Position numbers and translations under genes: made by a program
In this document: one piece after another, positions 20,627-31,234 of the stretch
How the letters are laid out: every line of letters starts with the position of its first letter
Position numbering within the stretch: the first letter of the stretch is position 1
Source: a candidate division WOR-3 bacterium
GTDB lineage: Bacteria > Hydrothermota > Hydrothermia > LBFQ01
DNA length: 64,000 nt
Reading direction: 5' to 3'
NCBI GenBank assembly: GCA_039802605.1
Contig: JBDRWW010000002.1
Coordinates: 160,001 to 224,000 of the forward strand
Notes under the pieces: model-generated
The model's input: the letters and a program-made list of their open reading frames with translations, nothing else
Told to the model about the DNA's origin: nothing
The model's database searches: none

Positions 20627-21442
20627 GTGAGGGTTTTTAACAAGGTTTTGGCAGCAGTTGACGGCTCCGATATAACGGAATATGTTAAAAGTTGGAGTGA
20701 AGGTTTGGGAGAGGGTATGAATTCGTTGGTGGATTACATAACGGTGTTTCAAGTAGTACCGGATATATACATGCCCTTGGTGGGGTGGAATAAAGAGCTG
20801 GAAAACAACCTAAACCTCTCAAAAAAGGAAATGTTCTCCCATCTCGGCGATATGCTTAGGAAAAACGGGTACAACTTTCACGAGTTGGAGGGGAAACCGG
20901 ATAAGGTTATAGTGGATTTCGCCAAAAAAGGGAATTATAACCTTATCATCCTCGGATTTAAGGGTGGTGGTAAGAGTAGGATTCCAATAGGTAGCACGGC
21001 ACTTAATGTGACAAAGGATAGCCACACGAATGTTTTACTCGTAAACGGAAGGTTTAAAGGTTTAAAATCCATAGGATTTGCCGAAAGCCTTGAGGGCAAA
21101 AATAAAACGCCCCTTTTAATGGTTTTCGCCCTAGCAAAGATCTTTGGTGCAAAGGTTTATAGGGTTCATGTAATAGACGAACACTTCGTTGAACACTCCC
21201 CCGACGACCTCTTACAGGAATTAAGGTTTGAGATAGGCCTTGAACTCCAAAAGGCGGTTCCGGGTGTTAATGTAAAACCCGTAATATTGGAGGGAGACCC
21301 TTCCTTTGAATTATATTATTGGGCGGCAAAAAACAACATAGACCTTATGGTTTTCCCCGAACCTCCCGGAGAGTTGGGCCTTATAACCGAGGAGTTTTTA
21401 ATGCAAACCCCAACAAATGTACTGATTTGCCGTGGATTATAA
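20627..21442 (+). CDS. Universal stress protein (tandem USP domains)
   Basis: KVLAAVDGS; GKPDKVIVDFA...LIILG...IGSTA; second repeat GDPS...DLMV. Confidence 0.85.
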   Translation: MRVFNKVLAAVDGSDITEYVKSWSEGLGEGMNSLVDYITVFQVVPDIYMPLVGWNKELENNLNLSKKEMFSHLGDMLRKNGYNFHELEGKPDKVIVDFAKKGNYNLIILGFKGGGKSRIPIGSTALNVTKDSHTNVLLVNGRFKGLKSIGFAESLEGKNKTPLLMVFALAKIFGAKVYRVHVIDEHFVEHSPDDLLQELRFEIGLELQKAVPGVNVKPVILEGDPSFELYYWAAKNNIDLMVFPEPPGELGLITEEFLMQTPTNVLICRGL

Positions 21443-22086
21443 CATTTATCGGTGATATAAGGGGTTTTTATCCATCCGGAAATCCGGAGTACGTTTTCCC
21501 TTCAAAGTTTTCGGATGTTTTAACATTTAAAGGGGGAGGAAGTAGGGTTTTCGGGGAATTGTATGAGGGTTTTCTCGGATGGGGGTATATGGGGGTTGGG
21601 GGAGGTTTTAGGTTTTTTGGAACATTGGATGGGGTGTTTCGTGATAATTCCATATATGTTGGCGGCAAATATAAAGGTTTTGGAATATCCGCCATATACG
21701 GTTGGGTATCAATTGGAGATTATTACGAAAACGCCTTAGGGGCAATGTTATCGGCGGGTAATAGGGGGGAAGTTTTGGATGTTTGGATAAGCGCGGGGTA
21801 TTTATATACCCCAATAATAGCCTTTGAGGGGTATTTTAAGGGAAACTTTGCCACACTCTTTATAAACTCCTTTGCGAGACCCGGAATATATGAGGTCTTT
21901 ACGGTTGGGGTGATCCTTGATTTTGGGGATATTGATGTTGGAGGGGTTTATAGAAACCTGGGAAATACCTTTGGTATAACGGTTTCGCATAATATCCCCT
22001 TAGGGTTTATGAACATATCGGTGCTAAACCACGAGGATTTGGGAGAGGTTATATCCTTTCAAAATGCATTTGTTTTTCCGAGATGA
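21427..22086 (+). CDS. Hypothetical protein, probable small outer-membrane beta-barrel
   Basis: Alternating Gly/aromatic strands and C-terminal aromatic residues. In-frame TTG 21427 overlaps the USP stop. Confidence 0.45.
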   Translation: MPWIITFIGDIRGFYPSGNPEYVFPSKFSDVLTFKGGGSRVFGELYEGFLGWGYMGVGGGFRFFGTLDGVFRDNSIYVGGKYKGFGISAIYGWVSIGDYYENALGAMLSAGNRGEVLDVWISAGYLYTPIIAFEGYFKGNFATLFINSFARPGIYEVFTVGVILDFGDIDVGGVYRNLGNTFGITVSHNIPLGFMNISVLNHEDLGEVISFQNAFVFPR

Positions 22087-22271
22087 GGTTTTTTAGTTTG
22101 TTTATGGCAAAGTTTGCCCAGGCGAGTGGAATGGGTTGGATGTTCCTCGGATTATATGCGGGTATAGTTAGGGGAAGTTTGAAATGGGAATGGATATTGT
22201 TCTTTGTGGGTTTAATACTCTTTGGATTGGGCTATGCCCTTGAAAGGGTTTTGATGAAAACCCAACGATAA
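22083..22271 (+). CDS. Small two-TM membrane protein
   Basis: ATGA coupling; hydrophobic, 62 aa. Confidence 0.6.
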   Translation: MRFFSLFMAKFAQASGMGWMFLGLYAGIVRGSLKWEWILFFVGLILFGLGYALERVLMKTQR

Positions 22272-22299
22272 AAACTTTTCAACGGTAGAATGGCGGGTT

Positions 22300-23493
22300 A
22301 TGGCCGGAGAAAAGATAAAGGTAATTGATGGGAAGCTTGTTGTGCCGAATAACCCGATAATACCGTACATAGAAGGTGATGGTACCGGTCCCGAAATAAT
22401 GGCCTCGGTAAGGGCGGTTTTGGACGCGGCCGTTGAAAAGGCCTATAAGGGGGAGAGGAAGATTTACTGGAAGGAGGTTTTGGCTGGCGAAAAGGCCTTA
22501 GAAGAAACCGGAGAACTTCTACCCGAGGAAACAATAGAGGCTATAAAGGAGCATTATGTCGCCATAAAGGGGCCTCTAACCACACCCGTGGGAGGGGGAT
22601 ATAGGAGCTTGAATGTGACATTAAGGCAGGTTTTAGATCTCTACGCAAATATAAGGCCTTCGCGGTACTTTCCCGGAGTTCCGAGTCCCCTAAGGTATCC
22701 CGAGAAGGTTAATATGGTGGTTTTTAGGGAGAATACGGAGGATGTATATATGGGAATAGAATGGCCTATGGGTTCCGAGGAATGCAATAGGGTTAGGAAA
22801 TTCCTGGTAGAAGAAATGGGTGCGGATATACCCGAGGACGCCGGAATAGGTATAAAACCCATATCAAAGTTTAGAAGCCAAAGGCTTGTCAGAAAGGCGA
22901 TAGAGTACGCCTTGAAAAAAGGTTATCACACTCTAACCCTTATGCACAAGGGGAACATAATGAAATACACGGAAGGGGCTTTTAGGGATTGGGGTTATGA
23001 ACTTTTGAGGGAGGAGTATTCCGATAAGGTCGTCTTTGAAGGGGAAGGTGATAGGGTTGAGGGAAAGGTTTTTGTAAACGACAGGATAGCGGATAATATG
23101 TTCCAACAAATACTCCTAAGACCCGACGAATACGGTGTTATAGCAACTACCAACCTTAACGGCGATTATATATCGGATGCCCTTGCGGCTTTGGTGGGTG
23201 GTTTGGGTTTGGCGGCCGGGGCGAATGTGGGGGATTATCACGCCCTATTTGAACCCGTTCACGGAACGGCACCAAAGTATGCGGGAAAGAATGTTATAAA
23301 TCCAACGGCTGGAATACTTTCCGGTGTTTTGATGCTTGAATATTTGGGTTGGATGGAAGCGGCCAAACTCATAGAAGATGCCATTGTCAGGACCTTTGAG
23401 CAGAAAAAGGTTACCTATGACCTCGCAAGGCATATGGGAGTAGAACCACTTTCCACCACGGATTACACGCAAGCCCTAATAGACAACTTATAA
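22300..23493 (+). CDS. icd: NADP-dependent isocitrate dehydrogenase
   Basis: [46 protein letters not shown]. Confidence 0.97.
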   Translation: MAGEKIKVIDGKLVVPNNPIIPYIEGDGTGPEIMASVRAVLDAAVEKAYKGERKIYWKEVLAGEKALEETGELLPEETIEAIKEHYVAIKGPLTTPVGGGYRSLNVTLRQVLDLYANIRPSRYFPGVPSPLRYPEKVNMVVFRENTEDVYMGIEWPMGSEECNRVRKFLVEEMGADIPEDAGIGIKPISKFRSQRLVRKAIEYALKKGYHTLTLMHKGNIMKYTEGAFRDWGYELLREEYSDKVVFEGEGDRVEGKVFVNDRIADNMFQQILLRPDEYGVIATTNLNGDYISDALAALVGGLGLAAGANVGDYHALFEPVHGTAPKYAGKNVINPTAGILSGVLMLEYLGWMEAAKLIEDAIVRTFEQKKVTYDLARHMGVEPLSTTDYTQALIDNL

Positions 23494-23904
23494 GTGTTTA
23501 GAAAGGTTGTAGTTTATTTTGATGGTTCTCCCAGGGGGAAAAGGGTTGTAAAGACGGCAATAGTTTTGTGTTATCACTTGGGAAGCGAACTCTTTATAGT
23601 TTCGGCCGTTAACCCCATTGACGAATTGGATCTAAGTTTTGGGGAGTTTGAACAGGAGGTTGAAAGGGGAATATACTCCTTGGTAGAGGATGCCCAGGAG
23701 GTTAATGTAAAAACCGAAGTCAGGTTGCTCTTTGGCTCCCCCGAGGATGTCCTCATTAAGGTCATTGATGCGGAAAGGCCGGATCTCGTGGTCCTCCCGT
23801 TAATTCAATTGGGTGGAGGCTTTTTCGGAAGGGGAGAAACCCTACACTCCAAAATATTAAACCTATACGCAGATAGGGGTTTGGCCGTTATGGTAATACC
23901 CTAA
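23494..23904 (+). CDS. Universal stress protein
   Basis: KVVVYFDGS...GSPEDVLI...DLVVL. Confidence 0.8.
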   Translation: MFRKVVVYFDGSPRGKRVVKTAIVLCYHLGSELFIVSAVNPIDELDLSFGEFEQEVERGIYSLVEDAQEVNVKTEVRLLFGSPEDVLIKVIDAERPDLVVLPLIQLGGGFFGRGETLHSKILNLYADRGLAVMVIP

Positions 23905-23928
23905 TTTCAGTAGTATAATACCCGCCTT

Positions 23929-24306
23929 ATGTCGGAAAAGGAAATACTTGACCTATGGATAGATATAACGGGCTTTGAAGAGGATTGGAGAACTTTGATT
24001 GAGGAGATTATAGACGATTTACACTCTTTGGCAAAGGAACCTACAGGCGAAGAGGAGGAGGAAGAGAATGTTGAGGATGTTTTGTTAAGGGTTGAAACGC
24101 CGGAAACCCTTATACAAAGCCTATACGATTTACTTGAAGACCTTGAAGATAAGATTGAAGAGGCCAAAAGCGGAAGGCTAACGGAACAGGAGTTATCGTA
24201 TGTTTTCAGAAAGGCCGGGGAATATATAGAGAGGGCGAGGGAACTGGTGAATTCATGGATTTACGAGGAGGCGGAGGAAGAACCGGAGGAAGAGGAGGAA
24301 GAATAG
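23929..24306 (+). CDS. Highly acidic hypothetical helical protein
   Basis: Glu/Asp-rich, 125 aa; TATAAT 9 nt upstream; stop codon abuts the glyQ start. Confidence 0.7.
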   Translation: MSEKEILDLWIDITGFEEDWRTLIEEIIDDLHSLAKEPTGEEEEEENVEDVLLRVETPETLIQSLYDLLEDLEDKIEEAKSGRLTEQELSYVFRKAGEYIERARELVNSWIYEEAEEEPEEEEEE

Positions 24307-25155
24307 TTGAACTTTCAGGATATAATCCTTAAGCTCCACGAATTTTGGAAATCACAGGGGTGTGTGATACTTCAACCGTATAACTCCGAAGTTGGGGCTG
24401 GGACATTCAATCCGGCAACATTTTTGAGGTCATTGGGTCCAAAACCTTGGAGGGCCGCCTATGTTGAACCCACAAGGAGGCCAAAGGATGGAAGGTATGC
24501 GGAAAACCCCAACAGATTACAGCAATACCACCAATATCAGGTGATTTTAAAACCTCCACCCGACGATGTGGTTGAAATCTACATAAAATCTTTGGAATAC
24601 ATAGGGATAGATGTTTCGGAACACGATTTAAGATTCGTTGAGGACGATTGGGAAAGCCCTACTCTCGGGGCTTGGGGTCTGGGTTGGGAGGTATGGCTTG
24701 ACGGTCTTGAAATAACGCAATTTACATATTTCCAACAGGTTGGCGGTGTTGATGTTGATATAGTTAGCGCCGAAATAACATACGGTTTGGAAAGGATAGC
24801 GATGTTTGTTCAGGGGGTTGATAATGTCTTTGATATAAAATTTAACGATGGAATAAAGTGGGGGGATATTTATAGGGAATTTGAGAGGCAGTTTTGCCAT
24901 TTTAACTTTGAGGAGGCGGATATAGAGGAATACCGTAAAATGTTTGATTTCTTTGAGAAAGAGGCCCACAAACTCGCGGAGAAGGGTCTGTTGTATCCCG
25001 CCTATGATATGGTTATAAAGATGTCGCATGTGTTTAACCTTTTGGATGCCAGGAGGGCAATATCACCGGAGGAAAGGCAAAACTTTATACTGAGGGTTAG
25101 GAGGGCGGCTAACAAATGCGCCAAATTGGTGGTTGAGGATAAGGTTAGTTTATAA
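24307..25155 (+). CDS. glyQ: Glycine-tRNA ligase alpha subunit
   Basis: [39 protein letters not shown]. Confidence 0.97.
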   Translation: MNFQDIILKLHEFWKSQGCVILQPYNSEVGAGTFNPATFLRSLGPKPWRAAYVEPTRRPKDGRYAENPNRLQQYHQYQVILKPPPDDVVEIYIKSLEYIGIDVSEHDLRFVEDDWESPTLGAWGLGWEVWLDGLEITQFTYFQQVGGVDVDIVSAEITYGLERIAMFVQGVDNVFDIKFNDGIKWGDIYREFERQFCHFNFEEADIEEYRKMFDFFEKEAHKLAEKGLLYPAYDMVIKMSHVFNLLDARRAISPEERQNFILRVRRAANKCAKLVVEDKVSL

Positions 25156-26521
25156 TGTGTATAGCCCTTTTATGAACATTTCCCGCCGCTTCCATTAGTA
25201 TTTCCGAAATTGTTGGGTGTGGATGGATGGTTAAGTCTATATCCTCTGCGCTTGCCATAACCTCCAATGCCAATGTAGCCTCCGCTATCAACGATGATGC
25301 CTCCGGCGCTATTATATGAACCCCAAGGATTTCGTCCGTATCCGCATCAACCACGACTTTTGCCAACCCATCAACACCCCCCATGGTTAAAGCCCTCCCG
25401 GATGCGCTTAACGGAAACCTCCCAACCTTCACATTATAACCCAACTCCTTGGCCTGCTCCTCACCGAATCCCACGCTTGCAAATTCCGGATAGGTGTATA
25501 TAACCGATGGTATCCCCCTCCAAGACGCCCTTGAATACAACCCCGCTATGTTTTCAACCGCGACTATCCCCTCTTTTGAAGCCTTATGCGCCAAGAGGGG
25601 TGGCCCGGATACATCCCCAATGGCGTATATACCCTTTACATTCGTTTCCATCCTATCGTCCGTTTTTATAAACCCTTTTTCGTCCATATTTATCCCCAAG
25701 TGCTTAAACCCTTCGGAATTGGGAATCCTACCTATGGCCACAAGGATTTTATCAAACCTTTCCCTATACTCCTTACCCTCGGATACGAAAACGGCCGTTC
25801 CGTCCTCCGAAACATCCTTTAAAGTTGCCCTTAGATAAAACTCCAAACCCCCTTTTTTAAGAACCCTTTGATAATACCTTGCCATTTCCCCATCCATTCC
25901 CGGAACTATCTGATCCGCTATATCTATAACCACCACCCTTTTAGAGCCCACCATTTTGTAAAACTGGGCAAACTCCAAACCCACGGCACCCGCGCCCACT
26001 ACCAAAAGGCTTTCCGGGATTTCCGGGAAGGAAACCGCATGGTCGCTGTTCCAAATGAGTTTCCCATCCGCCTCAAAACCTTTTAATTCCCTAATCCTTG
26101 AACCCGTTGCTATTATTATATTTTTCGTTTCAAGGGTCTCAACCCCTTTATTGGTTTTAACCTTCACCTCATTTGGCCTTTCAACAAAACCCTCACCGTA
26201 AAATATTTCAACCTTTTGGTTTTTCAACAAAAACTCCACCCCTTTAACCAACTTATCCACAACCCCTTCCTTCCACTTGTTCGTTTTCGCAATATCCAAT
26301 TCCAAACTCCCCTTTATCCCGTATTTTTCCCCGTTTTTTGCCTCGTGGTAAATATGAGAAGCGTGTAGTAAGGCCTTTGTGGGTATGCAACCAACATTTA
26401 AGCAAACACCCCCGAGCTTCCACCTTTCAACTATTGCGACTTTTAACCCCAACTGCGCCGCCCTTATGGCCGCAACATAACCCCCTGGTCCAGAACCTAT
26501 TATCACGACATCGTATTTCAT
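25145..26521 (-). CDS. lpdA: Dihydrolipoyl dehydrogenase
   Basis: [31 protein letters not shown]. Confidence 0.96.
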   Translation of the reverse strand: MKYDVVIIGSGPGGYVAAIRAAQLGLKVAIVERWKLGGVCLNVGCIPTKALLHASHIYHEAKNGEKYGIKGSLELDIAKTNKWKEGVVDKLVKGVEFLLKNQKVEIFYGEGFVERPNEVKVKTNKGVETLETKNIIIATGSRIRELKGFEADGKLIWNSDHAVSFPEIPESLLVVGAGAVGLEFAQFYKMVGSKRVVVIDIADQIVPGMDGEMARYYQRVLKKGGLEFYLRATLKDVSEDGTAVFVSEGKEYRERFDKILVAIGRIPNSEGFKHLGINMDEKGFIKTDDRMETNVKGIYAIGDVSGPPLLAHKASKEGIVAVENIAGLYSRASWRGIPSVIYTYPEFASVGFGEEQAKELGYNVKVGRFPLSASGRALTMGGVDGLAKVVVDADTDEILGVHIIAPEASSLIAEATLALEVMASAEDIDLTIHPHPTISEILMEAAGNVHKRAIHIIN

Positions 26522-26562
26522 AGGTGGGTATTATAAACAGGACCCCTTTATAATACCCGTTT

Positions 26563-26751
26563 ATGAGCACAAAAACCCGGGATAAAAAAATTGAGGGGAT
26601 ATACGACCTCGTTGATTACGCCAAAAAGAGCAGAAAATACACAAGGCCCACCCGTAGGGGTATGGTTTATCAGTTGGAATTCATTGCCCTTTTGAAGGGA
26701 TACTTTGAAGACTATTTATGGGAGACTTTCTTCAAGGAGTTTTTTGAATAG
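26563..26751 (+). CDS. Small hypothetical protein (62 aa)
   Basis: Has its own TATAAT 8 nt upstream; the 3' end overlaps folD convergently. Confidence 0.5.
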   Translation: MSTKTRDKKIEGIYDLVDYAKKSRKYTRPTRRGMVYQLEFIALLKGYFEDYLWETFFKEFFE

Positions 26752-27456
26752 GTTTTCAAACAAAACCAATGTTGTTATCCTACCAACACCACCCGGAACG
26801 GGAGTTATAGCCTTAACATAATCCTTTAACTCATCAAATTTCGCATCACCCACGAGCTTCCCGTCCTTAAAAACCGTTGATATATCAACGACTATGGAAT
26901 TTTCCGTAAAATATTCCCTTCCAAAGTATTCCCCTATACCCGCGGATAAAAATACATAATCGCTAAGCCTTGTAAATTCTTTAACATCCGGGGTTTTTGT
27001 ATGTGTAATTATCGGAGTGCCGTTTTTTAAGAGTATCAACATAGCCAAAGGCTTACCAACCCTAACACTCCTACCTATAATTGTGCAAACCTTCCCCTCA
27101 ACCTCAAAACCGTAAAACTCCAATATTTTTATGGCGGCGTAAGGTGTGGGTGGCAAAAACTTTGGCTTTCCATAAGAAAGTAAGCCTAGGTGGTAAGGGG
27201 ATATACCTTCAATATCCAAATCCGGAAGTATATCAACGCTTTCTTTCCCCAAGTTTATTACGCCATCCGCGTCCCCATCGTAAACGATTTCAACATCCAG
27301 ATTTTTGGCAACCCTTTTAATAGACCGTTCATAAGCCCTTGAATCCTCGGATTCATCCGTTATAACCTTTAAAACCGGTCTCTTTTTTATTCTCTCCCTA
27401 AGGGTTAAAAGTTCACGTAAATACTCATTTTCAACGGTTTTTCCTTCCAAAACCAT
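26716..27456 (-). CDS. folD: FolD-family methylenetetrahydrofolate dehydrogenase/cyclohydrolase (shortened, degenerate N-domain)
   Basis: PPTP, IGRSVRVGKP, LVGD, ITPVPGGVG. Confidence 0.85.
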   Translation of the reverse strand: MVLEGKTVENEYLRELLTLRERIKKRPVLKVITDESEDSRAYERSIKRVAKNLDVEIVYDGDADGVINLGKESVDILPDLDIEGISPYHLGLLSYGKPKFLPPTPYAAIKILEFYGFEVEGKVCTIIGRSVRVGKPLAMLILLKNGTPIITHTKTPDVKEFTRLSDYVFLSAGIGEYFGREYFTENSIVVDISTVFKDGKLVGDAKFDELKDYVKAITPVPGGVGRITTLVLFENLFKKLLEESLP

Positions 27457-27459
27457 GTT

Positions 27460-29334
27460 CTACTTCACCAAGAATTTCCTAAGAACACCTCCGGACTTAA
27501 CAAAATAAACACCTTTGGGTAGCTTTATTTTACCCCTTTCCCCACCTTTAAAAACCGCGCTTCCCTTTGTATCGTAAATTACAAATTCACCGAGGTATGA
27601 TAACACTTCAACATATCCCCCCTCAACCCTTATACTCATGCCCATTCTGGTATTACCAACATCTTCAAGGGCAACAAGGGAGCTGTCGTATCTTACCGTA
27701 TGCTCTTCAAGTACCCAGTAATCGGGGTCAAAGGTTATATTAAGGGGTTCGTTGGGTAGGGATATTATAAAGTCTTGTACGGGTAAGGAATCCCAAACCG
27801 TTATTGTAGTATCACCCGAAGGGTATAAAACCTTTATCTCCAATGGCATTTTGAATATTGGGGCGCTTGAAGGTTGGGTTTGGATTATCCTTAAATACAA
27901 ATCCCAGCCGCTCCCGTTAAAATTCTTTTGCCACCTTACATCGTATATAGGCCATCCGGGACTATACACCCATTGGTTAAAAAACCAAGTTAAATCCCTA
28001 CCCGTATAAGTCATAACATCGTTTATAAAATCGGAGGTTAAAGCGTATGAAAACTCGTGATTACCCCTATAATGCCTTAACGCACCGAAGAATAACGCCG
28101 TATCCTTACCCAATACATACCTTAGCATATGCAAAACCGCCGCGCCCTTTTCGTATGTGTATATTGAAAATATGTCGTTTAAGGATGGACCCGGGTTATA
28201 AACCGTTTTTCCGGGGAAAGAGGCGTAGGATAAAAATCTGTTTTCCACCCGGCTCATATAAAAGTTTTTGTAAGCCGTAAAACCACCCGAATCTTCCTTC
28301 CATATCAATTCGGAATATGTTGCAAAACCCTCATTAAGCCATATATCCTTAAAAGTCCCGCAGGTTACCAAATCACCCCACCACTGGTGGGCCAACTCGT
28401 GGGCTTGTGTCGAGTTTCCATAAGGCCCACCGAAAAAGGAATTCGTTTGATCCTCCATAGCCCACCCACCGGGCAAAACTATTGATTGCTCGTATTTTTC
28501 GGTATAAAAGGGATATACCCCGTACCTGTTTGAAAAGGCTGTAAGCATTTGGGTTAAGGATGACCCCCAACTTGTCCATCCGCTACCCTGAGGTATGTAT
28601 GCCCTAACGGGCATGCTTATCGCGCCGTAGTTCCATGTCCATTCGTTGTACTGTAAATTCCTTATGGCAAAGGTTATGAGGTATGGCGCTATCGCATAAG
28701 AGTGTCTATAATGCCATCTCTTATAAGTTCCAGTCCTGAAAGTATCAATTAAAACGCCGTTTGCCACAACCTCCATATCACCCCTTGCCGTTATTTCAAA
28801 CTCAACACCCTCATCGGCCTTTTCATAAGGTTGATCCCAAGAAGGAACCCAGCACCTGAAATTATACGGCTCGTTATCCGCATAAACGAATGTATCTCCC
28901 TCTATGGTCAATCCGGAACCAAAGGAACTACAATAAGAAGCGGGAGATCCGTGATAATACGCCCATATCCAAAGGGTATCGCCCGTATTAACCGTATATG
29001 GAAGGTTTATTATTAACATCCTACCCGTTCCCGTTCCGGAATATGTATGCGTTAGGTGATTTCCCCCGTTATCCTTCAAACTGTCAAGGACTATATCCAC
29101 GAGGTTTAATGCTATACTATCAAAGGGGGTTCTCGCTTGGAGTTTTATGCCTATTTCGGCGCTTTGTATTTGCCCACCATAAATGGCCATTTTTATGTAA
29201 TACTTTCTTATATCGTATGCCGTGGTTTCAACATCCGGCCAAGCCAAGAGATCCGCGGAATACAAACCCTTATATCGCCTTTTTTCAAGTTCAATAATAT
29301 CCGGTTCGGCAAACTGAGAAATTAACAATAGCAT
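27460..29334 (-). CDS. M1-family zinc aminopeptidase with a T9SS C-terminal sorting domain
   Basis: AMED, HELAHQWWGD...WLNEGFA, YEKGA; tail IYDTKG...GVYFVK. The start is 29334 (7 nt after TAAAAT) or 29367. Confidence 0.9.
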   Translation of the reverse strand: MLLLISQFAEPDIIELEKRRYKGLYSADLLAWPDVETTAYDIRKYYIKMAIYGGQIQSAEIGIKLQARTPFDSIALNLVDIVLDSLKDNGGNHLTHTYSGTGTGRMLIINLPYTVNTGDTLWIWAYYHGSPASYCSSFGSGLTIEGDTFVYADNEPYNFRCWVPSWDQPYEKADEGVEFEITARGDMEVVANGVLIDTFRTGTYKRWHYRHSYAIAPYLITFAIRNLQYNEWTWNYGAISMPVRAYIPQGSGWTSWGSSLTQMLTAFSNRYGVYPFYTEKYEQSIVLPGGWAMEDQTNSFFGGPYGNSTQAHELAHQWWGDLVTCGTFKDIWLNEGFATYSELIWKEDSGGFTAYKNFYMSRVENRFLSYASFPGKTVYNPGPSLNDIFSIYTYEKGAAVLHMLRYVLGKDTALFFGALRHYRGNHEFSYALTSDFINDVMTYTGRDLTWFFNQWVYSPGWPIYDVRWQKNFNGSGWDLYLRIIQTQPSSAPIFKMPLEIKVLYPSGDTTITVWDSLPVQDFIISLPNEPLNITFDPDYWVLEEHTVRYDSSLVALEDVGNTRMGMSIRVEGGYVEVLSYLGEFVIYDTKGSAVFKGGERGKIKLPKGVYFVKSGGVLRKFLVK

Positions 29335-29390
29335 ACCGAATATTTTAAGGGGGATATGAAAAAGCATTCGGAATTAGAATTCCCGTTCCG

Positions 29391-31076
29391 ATGAAATTTC
29401 CATATTTTGAGATTTTAAACGCTTTAAGGGAAGGTTTCGGTTTGGTGGAGTTGGAAAGGACACAAAACCCAGACCTCGGGGATTATTACACGAACTTAGC
29501 CTTTAAAAAGGCAAAGGAATTGAGGAAACCCCCCAAGGTTATAGCGGAAGAATTGGCAAACACTTTAAACATCAATGGAATAGAAATTGAAGCGGTAAAT
29601 GGATATTTAAACTTTTCGGTTGGCGATGATTTTTTATGCGATGTGGTGAATACCTTAGCCCAAGGTGTGGATTTAAAAAGGGATATAGACAAGAGGGTCC
29701 TTGTGGAATTCATATCCGCCAACCCTACTGGACCTTTAAATGTTGCAAACGCAAGGGCGGGGGCCGTTGGGGATGCAATTGTTAGGATTTTAAGGTTCTT
29801 GGGGTTTTATGCGGAATCGGAATATTATGTTAATGATTGTGGAAATCAGATAATAAACCTCGCCCTATCGGTTTTGCACAAGATAAATCCGGAAAATTAC
29901 CCATTCCCGGATGACGGTTATAAAGGGGATTATATAAACGAATTGGCCGCTGAATTTTCAAAAAGGGCCGATAGCTTTCAAGATTTGGAAGAATTCGGAA
30001 GGGAGATAGCGCACAGGATATTAGAAGATCAAAAGAAAAGCCTTGAAAGGTATGGAATCGTATTTAACAACTTCGTTTTTGAATCTCAAATACGCAATTC
30101 GGATTATCCAAATGGGGTTTTGAGGGCGTTAAAAGATAAGGGGCTTCTGTATTACTCAAAGGATGACGAGGTTTTGGAGTTCAAGGGAGAGGACTTTAAA
30201 GAAGCCGTTGAAAAGTGCAAAAGGGGTTATGCCCTTTACTTTAAGAGTTCCGAGTTTGGAGATGAAAAGGATAGGGTTCTGATAAGGTCAAACGGAGAAC
30301 CCACATACTTCTTTTGGGATTCCGCATACCACCTTTACAAGATCATAAGGGGATACGACTTTTTAATTGATATTTTCGGTCCGGATCACCACGGTTATGT
30401 TCCCAGAATAAAGGGGATGGTTGAGGCTTTAAAGGATTATTACGGTTTAAAAGGGGAATATTGCGTAATAATAAACGGTCAGGTTAATCTGTTTGAAGGG
30501 GGGAAAAGGCTTAGGATGTCAAAAAGGGAGGGTAGGATTTATACCTTAGACGATTTGGTTGGGGAGGTTGGTAATGATGCCGTTAGGTTCTTTATGCTTA
30601 TGAGAGCACCATCTTCGGAACTAAACTTCGATATAGACCTTGCGAAAAAGGCCGGAGTTGAAAACCCCGTATATTATACCCAGTACGCCCACGCGCGGAT
30701 AAAAAGCCTTTTGGATTACGCTTATGCCAATGGAATTAAGGGGGAAAGGATGGGGGATTTTTATAATGAAGATGAGAGAAATCTGGCAAGGGTTTTACAG
30801 TTTTTCCCGTATTACCTTATAAAAACCCTTCCGGTACCTTTGAGGGAAACCTATCTCTTTGGAATCTCTAAGGGTATTTCTCCGGAATTCAGCCCAAATC
30901 TTTTGGTGGATTATTTAATTGAACTTTCCCACGCATATCACAGATTTTATCAGAATAACAGGGTTGTAGGGGATAAACGGGCTTCCCAGAGATTAACGCT
31001 TTCCATTGCGGTTATGAATGTTTTAAAGGTTGGGCTAAATCTCTTGGGTGTAAGCGCACCCGAAAGAATGTTATAA
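29391..31076 (+). CDS. argS: Arginine-tRNA ligase
   Basis: EFISANPTGP, GPDHHGY, RMSKR, QYAHAR, C-terminal APERM. Confidence 0.96.
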   Translation: MKFPYFEILNALREGFGLVELERTQNPDLGDYYTNLAFKKAKELRKPPKVIAEELANTLNINGIEIEAVNGYLNFSVGDDFLCDVVNTLAQGVDLKRDIDKRVLVEFISANPTGPLNVANARAGAVGDAIVRILRFLGFYAESEYYVNDCGNQIINLALSVLHKINPENYPFPDDGYKGDYINELAAEFSKRADSFQDLEEFGREIAHRILEDQKKSLERYGIVFNNFVFESQIRNSDYPNGVLRALKDKGLLYYSKDDEVLEFKGEDFKEAVEKCKRGYALYFKSSEFGDEKDRVLIRSNGEPTYFFWDSAYHLYKIIRGYDFLIDIFGPDHHGYVPRIKGMVEALKDYYGLKGEYCVIINGQVNLFEGGKRLRMSKREGRIYTLDDLVGEVGNDAVRFFMLMRAPSSELNFDIDLAKKAGVENPVYYTQYAHARIKSLLDYAYANGIKGERMGDFYNEDERNLARVLQFFPYYLIKTLPVPLRETYLFGISKGISPEFSPNLLVDYLIELSHAYHRFYQNNRVVGDKRASQRLTLSIAVMNVLKVGLNLLGVSAPERML

Positions 31077-31158
31077 CCAAAATCGCGAAACTAAGGGCCG
31101 GGATGGTTAATTTGAAGCTGTTATAAACCGGGTTTTTCAACCTTATAATATCCACCTC

Positions 31159-31231
31159 GGCCGGGTAGCTCAGGCGGTAGAGCAGGGGACTGAAAATCCC
31201 TGTGTCGGGGGTTCGACTCCCTCCCCGGCCA
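31159..31231 (+). tRNA. tRNA-Phe(GAA); CCA not encoded
   Basis: Cloverleaf with acceptor stem GGCCGGG/CCCGGCC, D-stem GCTC/GAGC, anticodon loop CTGAAAA and T-loop TTCGACT. TATAAT lies at 31144. Confidence 0.97.
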
Positions 31232-31234
31232 TTT

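Noticed and set aside
31159..31231. The tRNA as an integration site of a genomic island
   Set aside because: There is no integrase or duplicated tRNA 3' end, and the flanking genes are housekeeping genes.
31202..31234. ORF-track start of copA at 31202, and minus-strand ORF 31012-31401
   Set aside because: Both run through the tRNA-Phe gene. The real CDS most plausibly starts at TTG 31235.
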